Shown here one piece after another: positions 7,498 to 16,024 of a stretch of DNA of 32,000 nt. The stretch spans positions 30,001-62,000 of the forward strand of contig NZ_CP047931.1 in the NCBI RefSeq assembly GCF_014280175.1, given 5' to 3'. The DNA is from Synechococcus sp. A15-28. Lineage in GTDB: Bacteria; Cyanobacteriota; Cyanobacteriia; PCC-6307; Cyanobiaceae. A program made the position numbers and the translations under genes. The notes under the pieces were generated by a model that saw only the letters and a program-made list of their open reading frames with translations, did not search any database and was not told the origin of the DNA. How positions within the stretch are numbered: the stretch's first letter is position 1; each line of letters begins with the position of its first letter.

Positions 7498-9090
7498 TTG
7501 TCCTCCTGCAGGCTTGACCTCTCGGCCGCCGGACTCATCCGCGTGGTCTGTCCGTTTGACGCTGTCACGCAGTCGCAATTGCGGCGCATCCGGCCCCGTG
7601 GTCGCTGGATGGGTCCATCCCGGAGCTGGGAGTTCCCCATGGCCGCCGCCGAAGCTTTGCTCCAGGCTTTCGCCACGCGGTTTCCTGTAACTCCCGAGTT
7701 GCAGCAATGGTTGGATTGGTACAACAAGCCGCTGCCCCCCCTGCCCCCCCACCGTGATCTGGTGGCGGCTGCCGATCTGAAAACGGCGTTACGGGATGGC
7801 CGGCGGCCTTTGCCCCATCAACGCAGCGGGGCCCGATGGCTGCTGGCACGACGCGGCGCTGTTCTTGCCGATGAGATGGGGCTGGGAAAAACCTTGACGG
7901 CGCTGCTGGCGGCGCGAGCCATGACCCGTTGCGCTGAGCTCAGGTTGATGGTGGTGGCGCCAGTGGGACTGCATGCCCATTGGCGTCGGGAAGCGGATGG
8001 GGTGGATCTTCAGCCTGCCTTGGTCAGCTGGGCGCGGCTGCCTGCTGAGCTTCCACCGGCGGGAACACTGCTGGTGGTGGATGAGGCGCATTTCGCCCAA
8101 TCCCTACAGGCGAATCGCACGGCGGCCCTGTTGCGGATGGCGCGTCACCCTCGGTTGCGGGCGATCTGGATGCTCACGGGCACACCGATGAAAAACGGCC
8201 GTCCGGCCCAGCTTTATCCCCTGCTGGCGGCGATGGACCATCCGATTGCCCGGGATCAGCGTCAATTTGAGGAGCGCTATTGCCAGGGGCATTGGCGCGA
8301 GAAAGGGGGCCAACAGCGATGGCAGGCCAGTGGCGCCACCCAGCTCGAAGAGTTGCGCCGGCTCACACGACCGTTGATCCTCCATCGCCGCAAGGCTCAG
8401 GTGCTGGAGCTGCCGCCCAAGCGACGCCGGGAGCACCCCATCGCCCTGTCGGACGCTGAAACCCTCGGATTCGACCATCGCATCGATCTGGTGGTGGACG
8501 ACTTTCGCCGCCGCGCCCGCAACGGAGAGGTGCGTTCCGATGCGGAACCGCTGGCGGTGTTAACAGCTCTCCGCCGGATTGCAGCGGAGTTCAAACTTCC
8601 TGCGGCGGAACGGTTGGTGCGAAACCTGTTGCATGACGGTGAGGCCGTGGTGCTGTTCAGTGGATTTGTGGAGCCGCTGCAGTTGTTGCAGAAGCGGCTG
8701 GGGGGTGCTCTGCTCACCGGTCGTCAACGCCCGGCTGAGCGTCAGCAGGCGGTGGATCGCTTCCAACAGGGGGACGAGGATCTGTTGCTGGCGACCTTTG
8801 GCACTGGGGCTCTGGGGTTCACCCTGCATCGGGCCAGGCACGTGGTGCTGTTGGAACGGCCCTGGACGCCGGGTGATGTGGCTCAGGCAGAAGATCGCTG
8901 CCATCGCCTGGGGATGGCCGATGAGGCGCTCACCTGTCACTGGTTGCAGTTGGGCCCGGCCGATCAGCTCGTTGATGGCTTGGCGGCCAGTAAGGCGGAA
9001 CGGATCGAGATCCTGCTGGGTCCCCGTCGTGTGACCCTTGATCGTCAGTCCTTGCCGTTGATGCTGCGACGCTGCCTGCAGGTGGCCTGA
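7498..9090 (+). CDS. SNF2/Swi2 family DNA-dependent ATPase with HARP-like N-terminal domain
   Basis: Helicase motifs are DEMGLGKT (I), VVDEAHF (II), LTGTPMKNG (III) and QAEDRCHRLG (VI). The N-terminal ~70 aa (IRVVCPFDAVTQSQLRRIRPRGRWMGPSRSWEFPMAAAEALL) fit the HARP pattern. Start is TTG at 7498; the exact start is uncertain. Confidence 0.88.
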   Translation: MSSCRLDLSAAGLIRVVCPFDAVTQSQLRRIRPRGRWMGPSRSWEFPMAAAEALLQAFATRFPVTPELQQWLDWYNKPLPPLPPHRDLVAAADLKTALRDGRRPLPHQRSGARWLLARRGAVLADEMGLGKTLTALLAARAMTRCAELRLMVVAPVGLHAHWRREADGVDLQPALVSWARLPAELPPAGTLLVVDEAHFAQSLQANRTAALLRMARHPRLRAIWMLTGTPMKNGRPAQLYPLLAAMDHPIARDQRQFEERYCQGHWREKGGQQRWQASGATQLEELRRLTRPLILHRRKAQVLELPPKRRREHPIALSDAETLGFDHRIDLVVDDFRRRARNGEVRSDAEPLAVLTALRRIAAEFKLPAAERLVRNLLHDGEAVVLFSGFVEPLQLLQKRLGGALLTGRQRPAERQQAVDRFQQGDEDLLLATFGTGALGFTLHRARHVVLLERPWTPGDVAQAEDRCHRLGMADEALTCHWLQLGPADQLVDGLAASKAERIEILLGPRRVTLDRQSLPLMLRRCLQVA

Positions 9091-9455
9091 CGAACGTTGA
9101 GTTCATGGCGGAGCATTGGATCCGCTGAGTCGTTCATCAGTCCGATGGCCTGCTCCACATCCCGGCAAGCCTTTTCGTGATTGCCGATCAGGGTCTGTAC
9201 GAGGGATCGGTCCCGCCAGGGTTCCGGCTGATCTGGGAAGGCTTCAACACTGGTATTGCATCGTTCCAACGTTGTGGCCAACTGATGGGAGACAAGGTCC
9301 TCCAGACAGCTAGTGGTGGATACGCTCACATCAGCCTCCGGTGGGGGAGTGCTCTGGCAGCCGCTGATCACCAGCAGGCCGAGGGCCAGGCCGAGTTGCG
9401 ATGACCAGCGATGGTCAATAGCTGTAACGCTCGGCTTCGCTGGCGGCATATCCAT
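9045..9455 (-). CDS. Hypothetical lipoprotein
   Basis: Lipobox-like LLVISGC follows a hydrophobic stretch, and the mature part is Cys-containing. Start chosen at ATG 9455 (MDMPPAK...), because the longer track ORF would run deep into the upstream gene. The 3' end overlaps the convergent SNF2 gene by 46 bp. Confidence 0.5.
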   Translation of the reverse strand: MDMPPAKPSVTAIDHRWSSQLGLALGLLVISGCQSTPPPEADVSVSTTSCLEDLVSHQLATTLERCNTSVEAFPDQPEPWRDRSLVQTLIGNHEKACRDVEQAIGLMNDSADPMLRHELNVRQATCRQRRSINGKD

Positions 9456-9840
9456 CCGTGCTGATGGAGGTGTCGATCTGGGTTGCCGTTGAGGTGCTGT
9501 CAAGGCTTGCTGCAGTGGCGGTGGTTGCCCCGCCGAACAGATCGCCAAGGAAACGACCGCAGTCAGGGAAGGTGCCGGGGTCCTCAACCACAGCTTCGGT
9601 GATCATCACAGAGGCGTGCTCCGGTGATGTCTTGAACAATCCGCGGCTCTGGCGCTTGATCAGGGCGTAGGCAGCGTTCCAGCTCACGGCATGGCCATTG
9701 CCGCTGCTGCGCATGAAGCAGTACACCTGGGCACCCTTCTGTTCGGTGTCCTTGCTGGCCCAAGCAGCACTGGATCCACCCAGCAATCCAACCATCACGC
9801 TGACGCTGCAGAGAATCCGATGGGCGGTTGAGCGAGGCAT
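9415..9840 (-). CDS. Conserved hypothetical secreted protein
   Basis: Signal peptide MPRSTAHRILCSVSVMVGLLGGSSAAWA-SKD, then a compact domain (VYCFMRSSGNGHAVSWNAAYALIKRQ...) and a Thr/Ser/Ala-rich tail. ATG at 9840 preferred. Confidence 0.6.
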   Translation of the reverse strand: MPRSTAHRILCSVSVMVGLLGGSSAAWASKDTEQKGAQVYCFMRSSGNGHAVSWNAAYALIKRQSRGLFKTSPEHASVMITEAVVEDPGTFPDCGRFLGDLFGGATTATAASLDSTSTATQIDTSISTDGYAASEAERYSY

Positions 9841-9886
9841 GAAAGGGCGCCATGCATGGACTGCGCTCAAGGTATCGATGGGAGGG

Positions 9887-10390
9887 TCACTGTCCAGGGC
9901 TGATCAGACGGACGACCAGCGGCAAGACCAGCAGAATCGTGATCAGGCGCACCGCATGCAGTGCGGCCACGGCGGCGCCGACACCTAATTCCGCTCCCAC
10001 CAGACTCATGCCGCTGATGCCGCCGGGGGCAGCTCCCAAGAGAGCGACGACAGGATCAATGCCCAGCAGACGACTGCTCCAGAGACCCACCACGATGCCC
10101 GTCAGCACCAGGGTGAGGGTGATCAGCAACGCGGGTCTCCACAGGGTTTGCAGTTGATCAAGCGAGGTCCGGCTGAGGCCGGTGCCGATCACGGTGCCGA
10201 TTCCGATTTCCAGGGCTGTACGGGTTCCCGATGGCCAGGAGGCCTGCTCCAGGCTGCCGCTCATGCTCAGCAGACCTGCGCCCAGGAGTGCACCGGCCAG
10301 CGGCGCGGCCGGAATGCCGCTTAGCAGCGCCAGCAGCCCCACCGTTGTGCCAGCCAGTGTGTACAGCAGCAGCGTTGCCAGGGGGGGCAT
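9887..10390 (-). CDS. AbrB-family integral membrane protein (half-size AbrB-duplication / putative ammonia monooxygenase-like family)
   Basis: 167 aa, very hydrophobic and Gly/Ala/Leu-rich multi-pass protein. GALLGAGLLSM...EIGIGTVIGTGL resembles the AbrB membrane repeat. Confidence 0.6.
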   Translation of the reverse strand: MPPLATLLLYTLAGTTVGLLALLSGIPAAPLAGALLGAGLLSMSGSLEQASWPSGTRTALEIGIGTVIGTGLSRTSLDQLQTLWRPALLITLTLVLTGIVVGLWSSRLLGIDPVVALLGAAPGGISGMSLVGAELGVGAAVAALHAVRLITILLVLPLVVRLISPGQ

Positions 10391-10471
10391 CGGATGCGGT
10401 GGCGTGGGACTCCTTGATCTTGAGCCACCGTCGTTCCTGTGTTGTCATCAGCGCAGTGTTGTCCCCCGGCC

Positions 10472-10768
10472 ATGAGTTCCTCCGTGTCGTTCAGGATCAC
10501 GCGCACCGCCGAAGACCTGGCCCAGACCATCACGGCCCTCACCCAGCGCCTGGTGAAGCTGGAGCAACGTCAGGAAGCACTGGAGCTCCAGGTCCGTCAG
10601 CAGCTGGAGTCTGTCCATGACGTGCCCGACGAGGAACTGGCGACATTGAATGGCATCGAACAGTTGCTGCAGGAGACCCGCCAGCTGCTGCAAGCCACAG
10701 ATGCGCAGGAGACCTCAGATCTCGGGGATCATGAGCATGACCATCAAGGTCACGAGATGGCCGCATAA
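10472..10768 (+). CDS. Hypothetical coiled-coil protein with His/Asp-rich C-terminal tail
   Basis: ATG at 10472. Heptad-like Leu/Gln/Glu-rich core (LVKLEQRQEALELQVRQQLE...) with the tail DLGDHEHDHQGHEMAA. Confidence 0.5.
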   Translation: MSSSVSFRITRTAEDLAQTITALTQRLVKLEQRQEALELQVRQQLESVHDVPDEELATLNGIEQLLQETRQLLQATDAQETSDLGDHEHDHQGHEMAA

Positions 10769-10806
10769 GGGTGGCGGGGGATGTCAAAATGAAAAGAAAG
10801 GTAACT

Positions 10807-11037
10807 ATGGCCACCACCATCCCTGCCTCAGGTGCTTGCACCGTGACCCACACTCCCTCTTCATTGCACGGCCTCGCCAGCCGCTCCCGCTCCGGATTCA
10901 TTGAGGGCGGCCACCAATTGGAGAAGCTTGAGTTCGCTCTTGCCATCGCTGAAGCAAGGGGCGACCAGATTCGTTGTTCAACACTTCGTGATCGAATTGC
11001 CGATCTCGGAGGTAATGCGGAAGAGCCAGGAACCTAA
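10807..11037 (+). CDS. Hypothetical small protein (76 aa)
   Basis: The ATG at 10807 is preceded by the purine-rich AAAGAAAGG. Reads MATTIPASGACTVTHTPSS...GFIEGGHQLEKLEFALAIAEARGDQIR.... No family recognised. Confidence 0.45.
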   Translation: MATTIPASGACTVTHTPSSLHGLASRSRSGFIEGGHQLEKLEFALAIAEARGDQIRCSTLRDRIADLGGNAEEPGT

Positions 11038-11104
11038 ACGTTGAGTCGCTGGAAGATTGCAATAACGCCGCTAAGATTCAAGCAATTGATCACAAGCAAT
11101 ATTG

Positions 11105-11314
11105 ATGCTCTCCGTTCAGAAGAAGGAGTCTCCCGCTGATCAGCGAGCTGCTCATTCTCAAGCAGCCCAAGATTTCTTTGATCAGGCGAGATTGGTAGCC
11201 GAAGACGGTCAGTTTTCAGAAGCTGGGTCGCTGATTCTCAAGGCACTGGATCAGGAACGTCGTGCACAGAGCAGCGGACCCCAGGTGCTGCAATTGATCA
11301 AATCCAGAGCTTGA
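11105..11314 (+). CDS. Hypothetical small protein (69 aa), atypically low GC
   Basis: ATG at 11105 (TTG at 11102 also possible). Predicted helical, hydrophilic protein. Third-position GC is visibly lower than in flanking core genes. No family recognised. Confidence 0.35.
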   Translation: MLSVQKKESPADQRAAHSQAAQDFFDQARLVAEDGQFSEAGSLILKALDQERRAQSSGPQVLQLIKSRA

Positions 11315-11326
11315 CTTGTTTTGACA

Positions 11327-11398
11327 AGCGGGTGACCGGACTCGAACCGGCGACGTTCAGCTTGGGAAGCTGACATTCTACCACTGAATTACACCCGC
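11327..11398 (-). tRNA. tRNA-Gly, anticodon CCC
   Basis: Minus strand GCGGGTG-TA-ATTC-AGTGGTA-GAAT-G-TCAGC-TTCCCAA-GCTGA-ACGTC-GCCGG-TTCGAGT-CCGGT-CACCCGC-T folds as a perfect 72-nt cloverleaf. It has a GTTCGAGTC T-arm, and CCA is not encoded. Confidence 0.93.
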
Positions 11399-11431
11399 AA
11401 AATGGCGAGATCCCTCTCGCCGTCTGCTGTT

Positions 11432-12580
11432 TCAGCCGAGCGCTGCTGCGGCTGCCGCGACGCCTGCCCCCATGCTGCCGTTGTGCAAGCCCAGGGACTG
11501 AAGCGTGGCTTCGATGGCGGACACGGCGGTCAACACATCACGGTCACAGACATAGCCAAGGTGGCCGATGCGGAACACTTTGCCCTTGAGGTGATCCTGC
11601 CCGCCAGCGAGAAGGATGTCGAACCGGTCTTTCACGGCTTTGCGCAGTTGCTCGGCATCGATGCCATTGGGAGCGACCGCTGTGATCGCTGGGCTGCCGT
11701 GACCTTCGGCAGCAAATAACGGAAGTCCGATGGCCTTCATCCCCGCCTGGGCAGCGGACCGGTGCCGGGCATGGCGGGCAAAGATCGCTTCAAGACCTTC
11801 GCTCTGCATCATCTCCAGTGCCGCTTCAAGACCGAAATAGAGGTTGACGGCGGGCGTGAACGGATTGCTGTTCTTGGCGGCGGTTTTTCGGTAAGGCCCA
11901 AGATCCAGATAGAACTTCGGCAGATTCGAACGCTCGTAGGCCTCCCAGGCCCGTTCGCCCATGGCGACAAAGCTCAATCCGGGCGGCAGCATGTAGCCCT
12001 TCTGAGATCCGGAGGCCACCACATCCACGCCCCAGGCGTCCATGGGAACATCCGTGGCGCCAAGGCTGGTGACGCAGTCCGCAATGGTCAGGGCGGTGCC
12101 ATGGGCCTTGACGTGGCGGGCAATGGTCTCCAGGTCATTGATCACCCCTGTGGACGTTTCCGAATGGGTGAGGATCACGGCCTTGATCGCCTTGGCGCTG
12201 TCGGCTTCCAGGGTCTTGCGGAAATCTTCCGGGTCGAGCGGTTGGCCCCACTCGGCTTTGATCACCTCCACCTCCATGCCGTAGGCGCGGGCCACCTTCA
12301 CCCAGCGCTCACCGAATTTGCCGTTGTCGCCACAGAGGACTTTGTCGCCCCTGCAGAGGGTGTTGATCATGCCGGCCTCCATGGCGGCCGTGCCGCTGCC
12401 GGTGATCACCAGCACATCACTCTGGGTCTGGTGCAACCACTTGAGCTGTTCCGTGGTGCGCTGAACGACGGCCTGAAACTCACCACTGCGGTGACCGATC
12501 GGATGGCGCCCCATGGCCTTCAGCACCGACTCGGGCACCGGGGTCGGACCCGGGATCATCAGGGTGAGTTTGTCCTGCAC
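11432..12580 (-). CDS. Class V aminotransferase (serine-pyruvate/alanine-glyoxylate type, the cyanobacterial 'soluble hydrogenase small subunit' DHSS family)
   Basis: QDKLTLMIPGPTPVPESVLKAMGRHPIGHRSGEF matches the DHSS-type N-terminus, and SGSQKGYMLPPGL is the PLP-lysine region. GTG at 12580 gives the family-typical MQDKLTLMIPGP start; the track ORF extends to 12637. Confidence 0.88.
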   Translation of the reverse strand: MQDKLTLMIPGPTPVPESVLKAMGRHPIGHRSGEFQAVVQRTTEQLKWLHQTQSDVLVITGSGTAAMEAGMINTLCRGDKVLCGDNGKFGERWVKVARAYGMEVEVIKAEWGQPLDPEDFRKTLEADSAKAIKAVILTHSETSTGVINDLETIARHVKAHGTALTIADCVTSLGATDVPMDAWGVDVVASGSQKGYMLPPGLSFVAMGERAWEAYERSNLPKFYLDLGPYRKTAAKNSNPFTPAVNLYFGLEAALEMMQSEGLEAIFARHARHRSAAQAGMKAIGLPLFAAEGHGSPAITAVAPNGIDAEQLRKAVKDRFDILLAGGQDHLKGKVFRIGHLGYVCDRDVLTAVSAIEATLQSLGLHNGSMGAGVAAAAAALG

Positions 12581-12672
12581 GGCGAGGAGGGTGCCAATCG
12601 GCGAGTCTAGAAAACAGCGTCTCTTTCCCCATCGCAACTTCTGCCTCCAGTGGCCTCACCCTGCCGGTTTGG

Positions 12673-13728
12673 GTGGCTTCAGCGGCGCGGGCGGCGCTGA
12701 AGGCGCTGCTGGGACACCCGTTTGAATCCAAGCAGTTGCTGACGCAGCCCGACGGCGGTGCGCCCCTTCAGGTGCCGGTGCGTTCAGCGGCCCGGTTGAG
12801 CGATGACCAGGCCCTGGCGATCAGCTGTTGTGATCCAGGCCCTGGATTGGATTTAACCCGCGATCTGGAGATCTGGGTTCGCGTGGCTTGGTCCACCGAC
12901 TCGGTTTCCCGGCTGGACCTCAGGCCTGGCGAGGGGGTCGGACGGCTCGGTTCCGGCGGTGACGCCTGTGTGTCGACCTATGCCCGTCAGTTGTTGGAGT
13001 GCTCTTTACTGCCGTTGCTGCCGGCGGGGCGGGGGCTGGTGGTGGAGCCGGTGTTGCCACGTGGCCGCAGCCTGGCGGAGCGCACCAGCAATGCCGCCTT
13101 CGGGGTGGTGGACGGGCTGGCCTTGATCGGCACCCAGGCGGAGGTGCAGCGGAGCGCAGCACCCGACCAGTTGCAGCAGGTGGTGCGTGAGCTCCGAGCT
13201 TTAACGGCCGATCCGGGGTTTGAAGGATCCCTGGCGCTGGTGATCGGTGAAAACGGTCTGGACTTGGCGCGGCGGGAGGGGCTGTCGCCGCTGCTCAAGG
13301 TGGGCAACTGGATCGGACCGGTGCTGGTGGCTGCTGCGGAAGCCGGCGTGAAGGATCTGTTGTTGCTGGGGTATCACGGCAAGTTGATCAAGCTGGCCGG
13401 TGGCATCTTTCACACCCACCACCATCTGGCGGACGGTCGGCTGGAGGTGTTGACCGCCCTGGGCCTGGATGCGGGCCTCAGCCTGCAGGAGTTGCAACAA
13501 CTGCGTACCGCCGCATCGGTGGAGGACGCGTTTCAACAACTGAATCCCACCATCGCAGTGGATCTGGGGCGGCTTCTGGCGGCAATGGTGGAGCAACGCA
13601 GCCAGGCCTACATCGCTCGCTATGGCGATTGGCCCTTGCGCATCGCGGCTGTTCTGTTTGATCGGAGCAGGGTGCTGCGCTGGCGTGGTCCGGTGGCAGA
13701 TGAGCGCTTCTTTACGCTGAAGGATTGA
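12673..13728 (+). CDS. cbiD: Cobalt-precorrin-5B (C1)-methyltransferase CbiD; true start probably upstream of 12673
   Basis: GYHGKLIKLAGGIFHTHHHLADGRLEVL is the CbiD core motif. The first canonical start (GTG 12673) falls inside the conserved N-terminal motif SGLTLPVWVASAARAAL, which is encoded in-frame from 12649. See the finding on this start. Confidence 0.85.
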   Translation: MASAARAALKALLGHPFESKQLLTQPDGGAPLQVPVRSAARLSDDQALAISCCDPGPGLDLTRDLEIWVRVAWSTDSVSRLDLRPGEGVGRLGSGGDACVSTYARQLLECSLLPLLPAGRGLVVEPVLPRGRSLAERTSNAAFGVVDGLALIGTQAEVQRSAAPDQLQQVVRELRALTADPGFEGSLALVIGENGLDLARREGLSPLLKVGNWIGPVLVAAAEAGVKDLLLLGYHGKLIKLAGGIFHTHHHLADGRLEVLTALGLDAGLSLQELQQLRTAASVEDAFQQLNPTIAVDLGRLLAAMVEQRSQAYIARYGDWPLRIAAVLFDRSRVLRWRGPVADERFFTLKD

Positions 13729-13764
13729 CGCTCCTCAGCGAGCGACAGACACCATTCAGGAGCG

Positions 13765-15351
13765 ATGTCCCAGCCTTCGTCCGACGGTCTGCGTCAGCCG
13801 GCCATCGTCATCCTTGATTTCGGTTCCCAGTACTCGGAGCTGATCGCCCGGCGCGTGCGCGAAACCGAAGTGTTCTCCGTGGTGCTCGGCTACAGCACCT
13901 CAGCGGAGGAGCTGCGGGCGATGCAGCCGAAGGGCATCATCCTCAGCGGCGGCCCCAGTTCGGTGTATGCCGACCATGCACCCCTCTGCGATCCCGCGAT
14001 CTGGGATCTGGGGATCCCGGTGCTGGGGGTCTGCTACGGCATGCAGCTGATGGTGCAGCAGCTGGGGGGTGTGGTGGAGGCCGCCACCGGCAAGGCCGAA
14101 TACGGCAAGGCACCCCTCGAGGTGGATGATCCCACCGATCTGCTCACCAATGTCACCGGCGGCTCCACGATGTGGATGAGCCACGGCGATTCGGTCAAAG
14201 CCTTGCCTGAAGGCTTCGTTCGATTAGCTCACACCGCCAACACTCCTGAGGCGGCGGTTGCCCATCTGCAGCGTCGCCTCTACGGCGTGCAATTCCATCC
14301 GGAGGTGGTGCACTCCACCTGCGGCATGGCCCTGATCCGCAATTTCGTTTATCACATCTGCGGTTGCGAGCCGGACTGGACCACCAGCGCCTTCATCGAT
14401 GAGGCCGTGGCTCTGGTGCGGGAGCAGGTGGGGGAGAAGCGCGTGCTGCTGGCCCTCTCCGGAGGCGTCGATTCATCAACCCTCGCCTTTCTGCTGAAGA
14501 AGGCCATCGGTGATCAGCTCACCTGCATGTTCATTGATCAGGGCTTCATGCGGAAGGGGGAGCCGGAGTTCCTGATGGACTTCTTCGACCGCAAGTTCAA
14601 CATCCACGTTGAGTACATCAACGCCCGTCAGCGCTTCATTGGAAAACTGGCGGGCATCACCGATCCGGAGGAGAAGCGCAAGATCATCGGCACGGAATTT
14701 ATCCGGGTGTTCGAAGAGGAGAGCAGGCGCCTCGGACCCTTCGACTACCTGGCCCAGGGAACGCTTTACCCGGATGTGATCGAGAGTGCCGGCACCAACG
14801 TCGATCCCAAGACCGGTGAGCGGGTGGCAGTGAAGATCAAGAGCCACCACAACGTGGGCGGACTGCCCAAGGATCTGCAGTTCAAGCTGGTGGAACCGCT
14901 GCGCAAGCTGTTCAAGGACGAAGTGCGCAAGGTTGGACGTGCCCTGGGTCTGCCGGAGGAGATCGTCCGCCGCCATCCCTTCCCCGGGCCTGGCTTGGCG
15001 ATTCGCATCCTGGGGGAGGTCACCGACGAGAAGCTCAACTGCCTGCGGGATGCCGATCTGATCGTGCGGGAGGAGATCCGTGAAGCCGGTCTGTATCACG
15101 AGATCTGGCAGGCCTTCGCCGTGTTGCTGCCCGTCCGCTCCGTTGGCGTGATGGGAGACAAGCGCACCTATGCCTGGCCGATCGTGCTGCGCTGCGTGTC
15201 CAGCGAAGACGGCATGACCGCCGACTGGTCCCGCCTGCCGTACGACCTGATGGAAACCATCTCCAATCGGATCGTGAACGAGGTGAAGGGGGTGAACCGG
15301 GTGGTGCTGGACATCACCAGCAAACCGCCGGGCACGATCGAATGGGAATAG
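13765..15351 (+). CDS. guaA: GMP synthase (glutamine-hydrolysing)
   Basis: 528 aa with a GATase-1 domain (GVCYGMQL), the ATP-PPase P-loop SGGVDSS, and the conserved C-terminal dimerisation domain ending PPGTIEWE. Confidence 0.95.
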   Translation: MSQPSSDGLRQPAIVILDFGSQYSELIARRVRETEVFSVVLGYSTSAEELRAMQPKGIILSGGPSSVYADHAPLCDPAIWDLGIPVLGVCYGMQLMVQQLGGVVEAATGKAEYGKAPLEVDDPTDLLTNVTGGSTMWMSHGDSVKALPEGFVRLAHTANTPEAAVAHLQRRLYGVQFHPEVVHSTCGMALIRNFVYHICGCEPDWTTSAFIDEAVALVREQVGEKRVLLALSGGVDSSTLAFLLKKAIGDQLTCMFIDQGFMRKGEPEFLMDFFDRKFNIHVEYINARQRFIGKLAGITDPEEKRKIIGTEFIRVFEEESRRLGPFDYLAQGTLYPDVIESAGTNVDPKTGERVAVKIKSHHNVGGLPKDLQFKLVEPLRKLFKDEVRKVGRALGLPEEIVRRHPFPGPGLAIRILGEVTDEKLNCLRDADLIVREEIREAGLYHEIWQAFAVLLPVRSVGVMGDKRTYAWPIVLRCVSSEDGMTADWSRLPYDLMETISNRIVNEVKGVNRVVLDITSKPPGTIEWE

Positions 15352-15403
15352 GGCTGGATCCTGTGGTCCGGGCTCGATACCTTGGGCCACCGGCTTCCCT
15401 GAT

Positions 15404-16015
15404 GTGACGGCGACCCAACCGCAGGACCTGCAGCTGCAACGGCGTCTGCAGCAGGACAGCATCCAGCTGAGTGGACGCACCGTCTATCTGAACCCCTTCC
15501 TCTATTGGCGTCGGTTTGACAGCAATACCGACCGCTGGCTGCGGGAACCGGGCCAGCTGACGGAGGACCAGATCACCTCCAACCGCCGTCGTTTTTATCC
15601 CGAACTGGACTGGGGTGAGCTGGATGACCATCAGACCGCTGTCCATGACGGTGCGGTGGAGATGTTCCTCAAGAGCCTGGACCTGATCAGCACCTTCCAT
15701 CCCGAGCTGGGGTCCGGTCAGATGCTCGAGGTGGAGCGCAAGATGACGATCACCAAGAAGAAGGCGTTCGAGCGTTGGGTGGATAAAGCGCTGCGTCGCC
15801 GTAGCCGTGAGGAGGTTCGGGAGCAGCGTCGTTTCGAGCGCAACCGCACCTTGCAGGCCTGGCGGGAATGGATCGCTATGGACACCACCCACAAGGCCCT
15901 GGTGCCGATGGTGATGCTGATGGTGCTCAGCGCAGTCGGAGGTTGGTCCTTCGGTGCCGGTCCATCGGCCTGTCCGACACTCACCCTTCCGTCAGGACAG
16001 ACTGGGGTTCGTTGA
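15404..16015 (+). CDS. Conserved hypothetical protein with C-terminal transmembrane helix
   Basis: 203 aa, GTG start, basic and Arg-rich middle region, and a single C-terminal helix ALVPMVMLMVLSAVGGWSF. It fills the guaA-mrdA interval in the sense direction. Confidence 0.6.
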   Translation: MTATQPQDLQLQRRLQQDSIQLSGRTVYLNPFLYWRRFDSNTDRWLREPGQLTEDQITSNRRRFYPELDWGELDDHQTAVHDGAVEMFLKSLDLISTFHPELGSGQMLEVERKMTITKKKAFERWVDKALRRRSREEVREQRRFERNRTLQAWREWIAMDTTHKALVPMVMLMVLSAVGGWSFGAGPSACPTLTLPSGQTGVR

Positions 16016-16024
16016 ACAGGCCCC

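Noticed and set aside
10400-11330. Searched by eye for a direct repeat of the tRNA-Gly 3' end (att-like) and for an integrase that would delimit an island.
   Set aside because: None found. Only the short local TTGAC direct repeat and 5-bp hairpins at 11309-11329 were seen, and they are too short to be meaningful.
13729-13764. 7-bp inverted repeat CGCTCCT...AGGAGCG spanning the cbiD-guaA spacer and including an AGGAG just before the guaA ATG.
   Set aside because: It has a 22-nt loop and no U-tract, and the AGGAG sits only 2 nt from the ATG, which is poor SD spacing. The evidence is too weak to call a regulatory structure.
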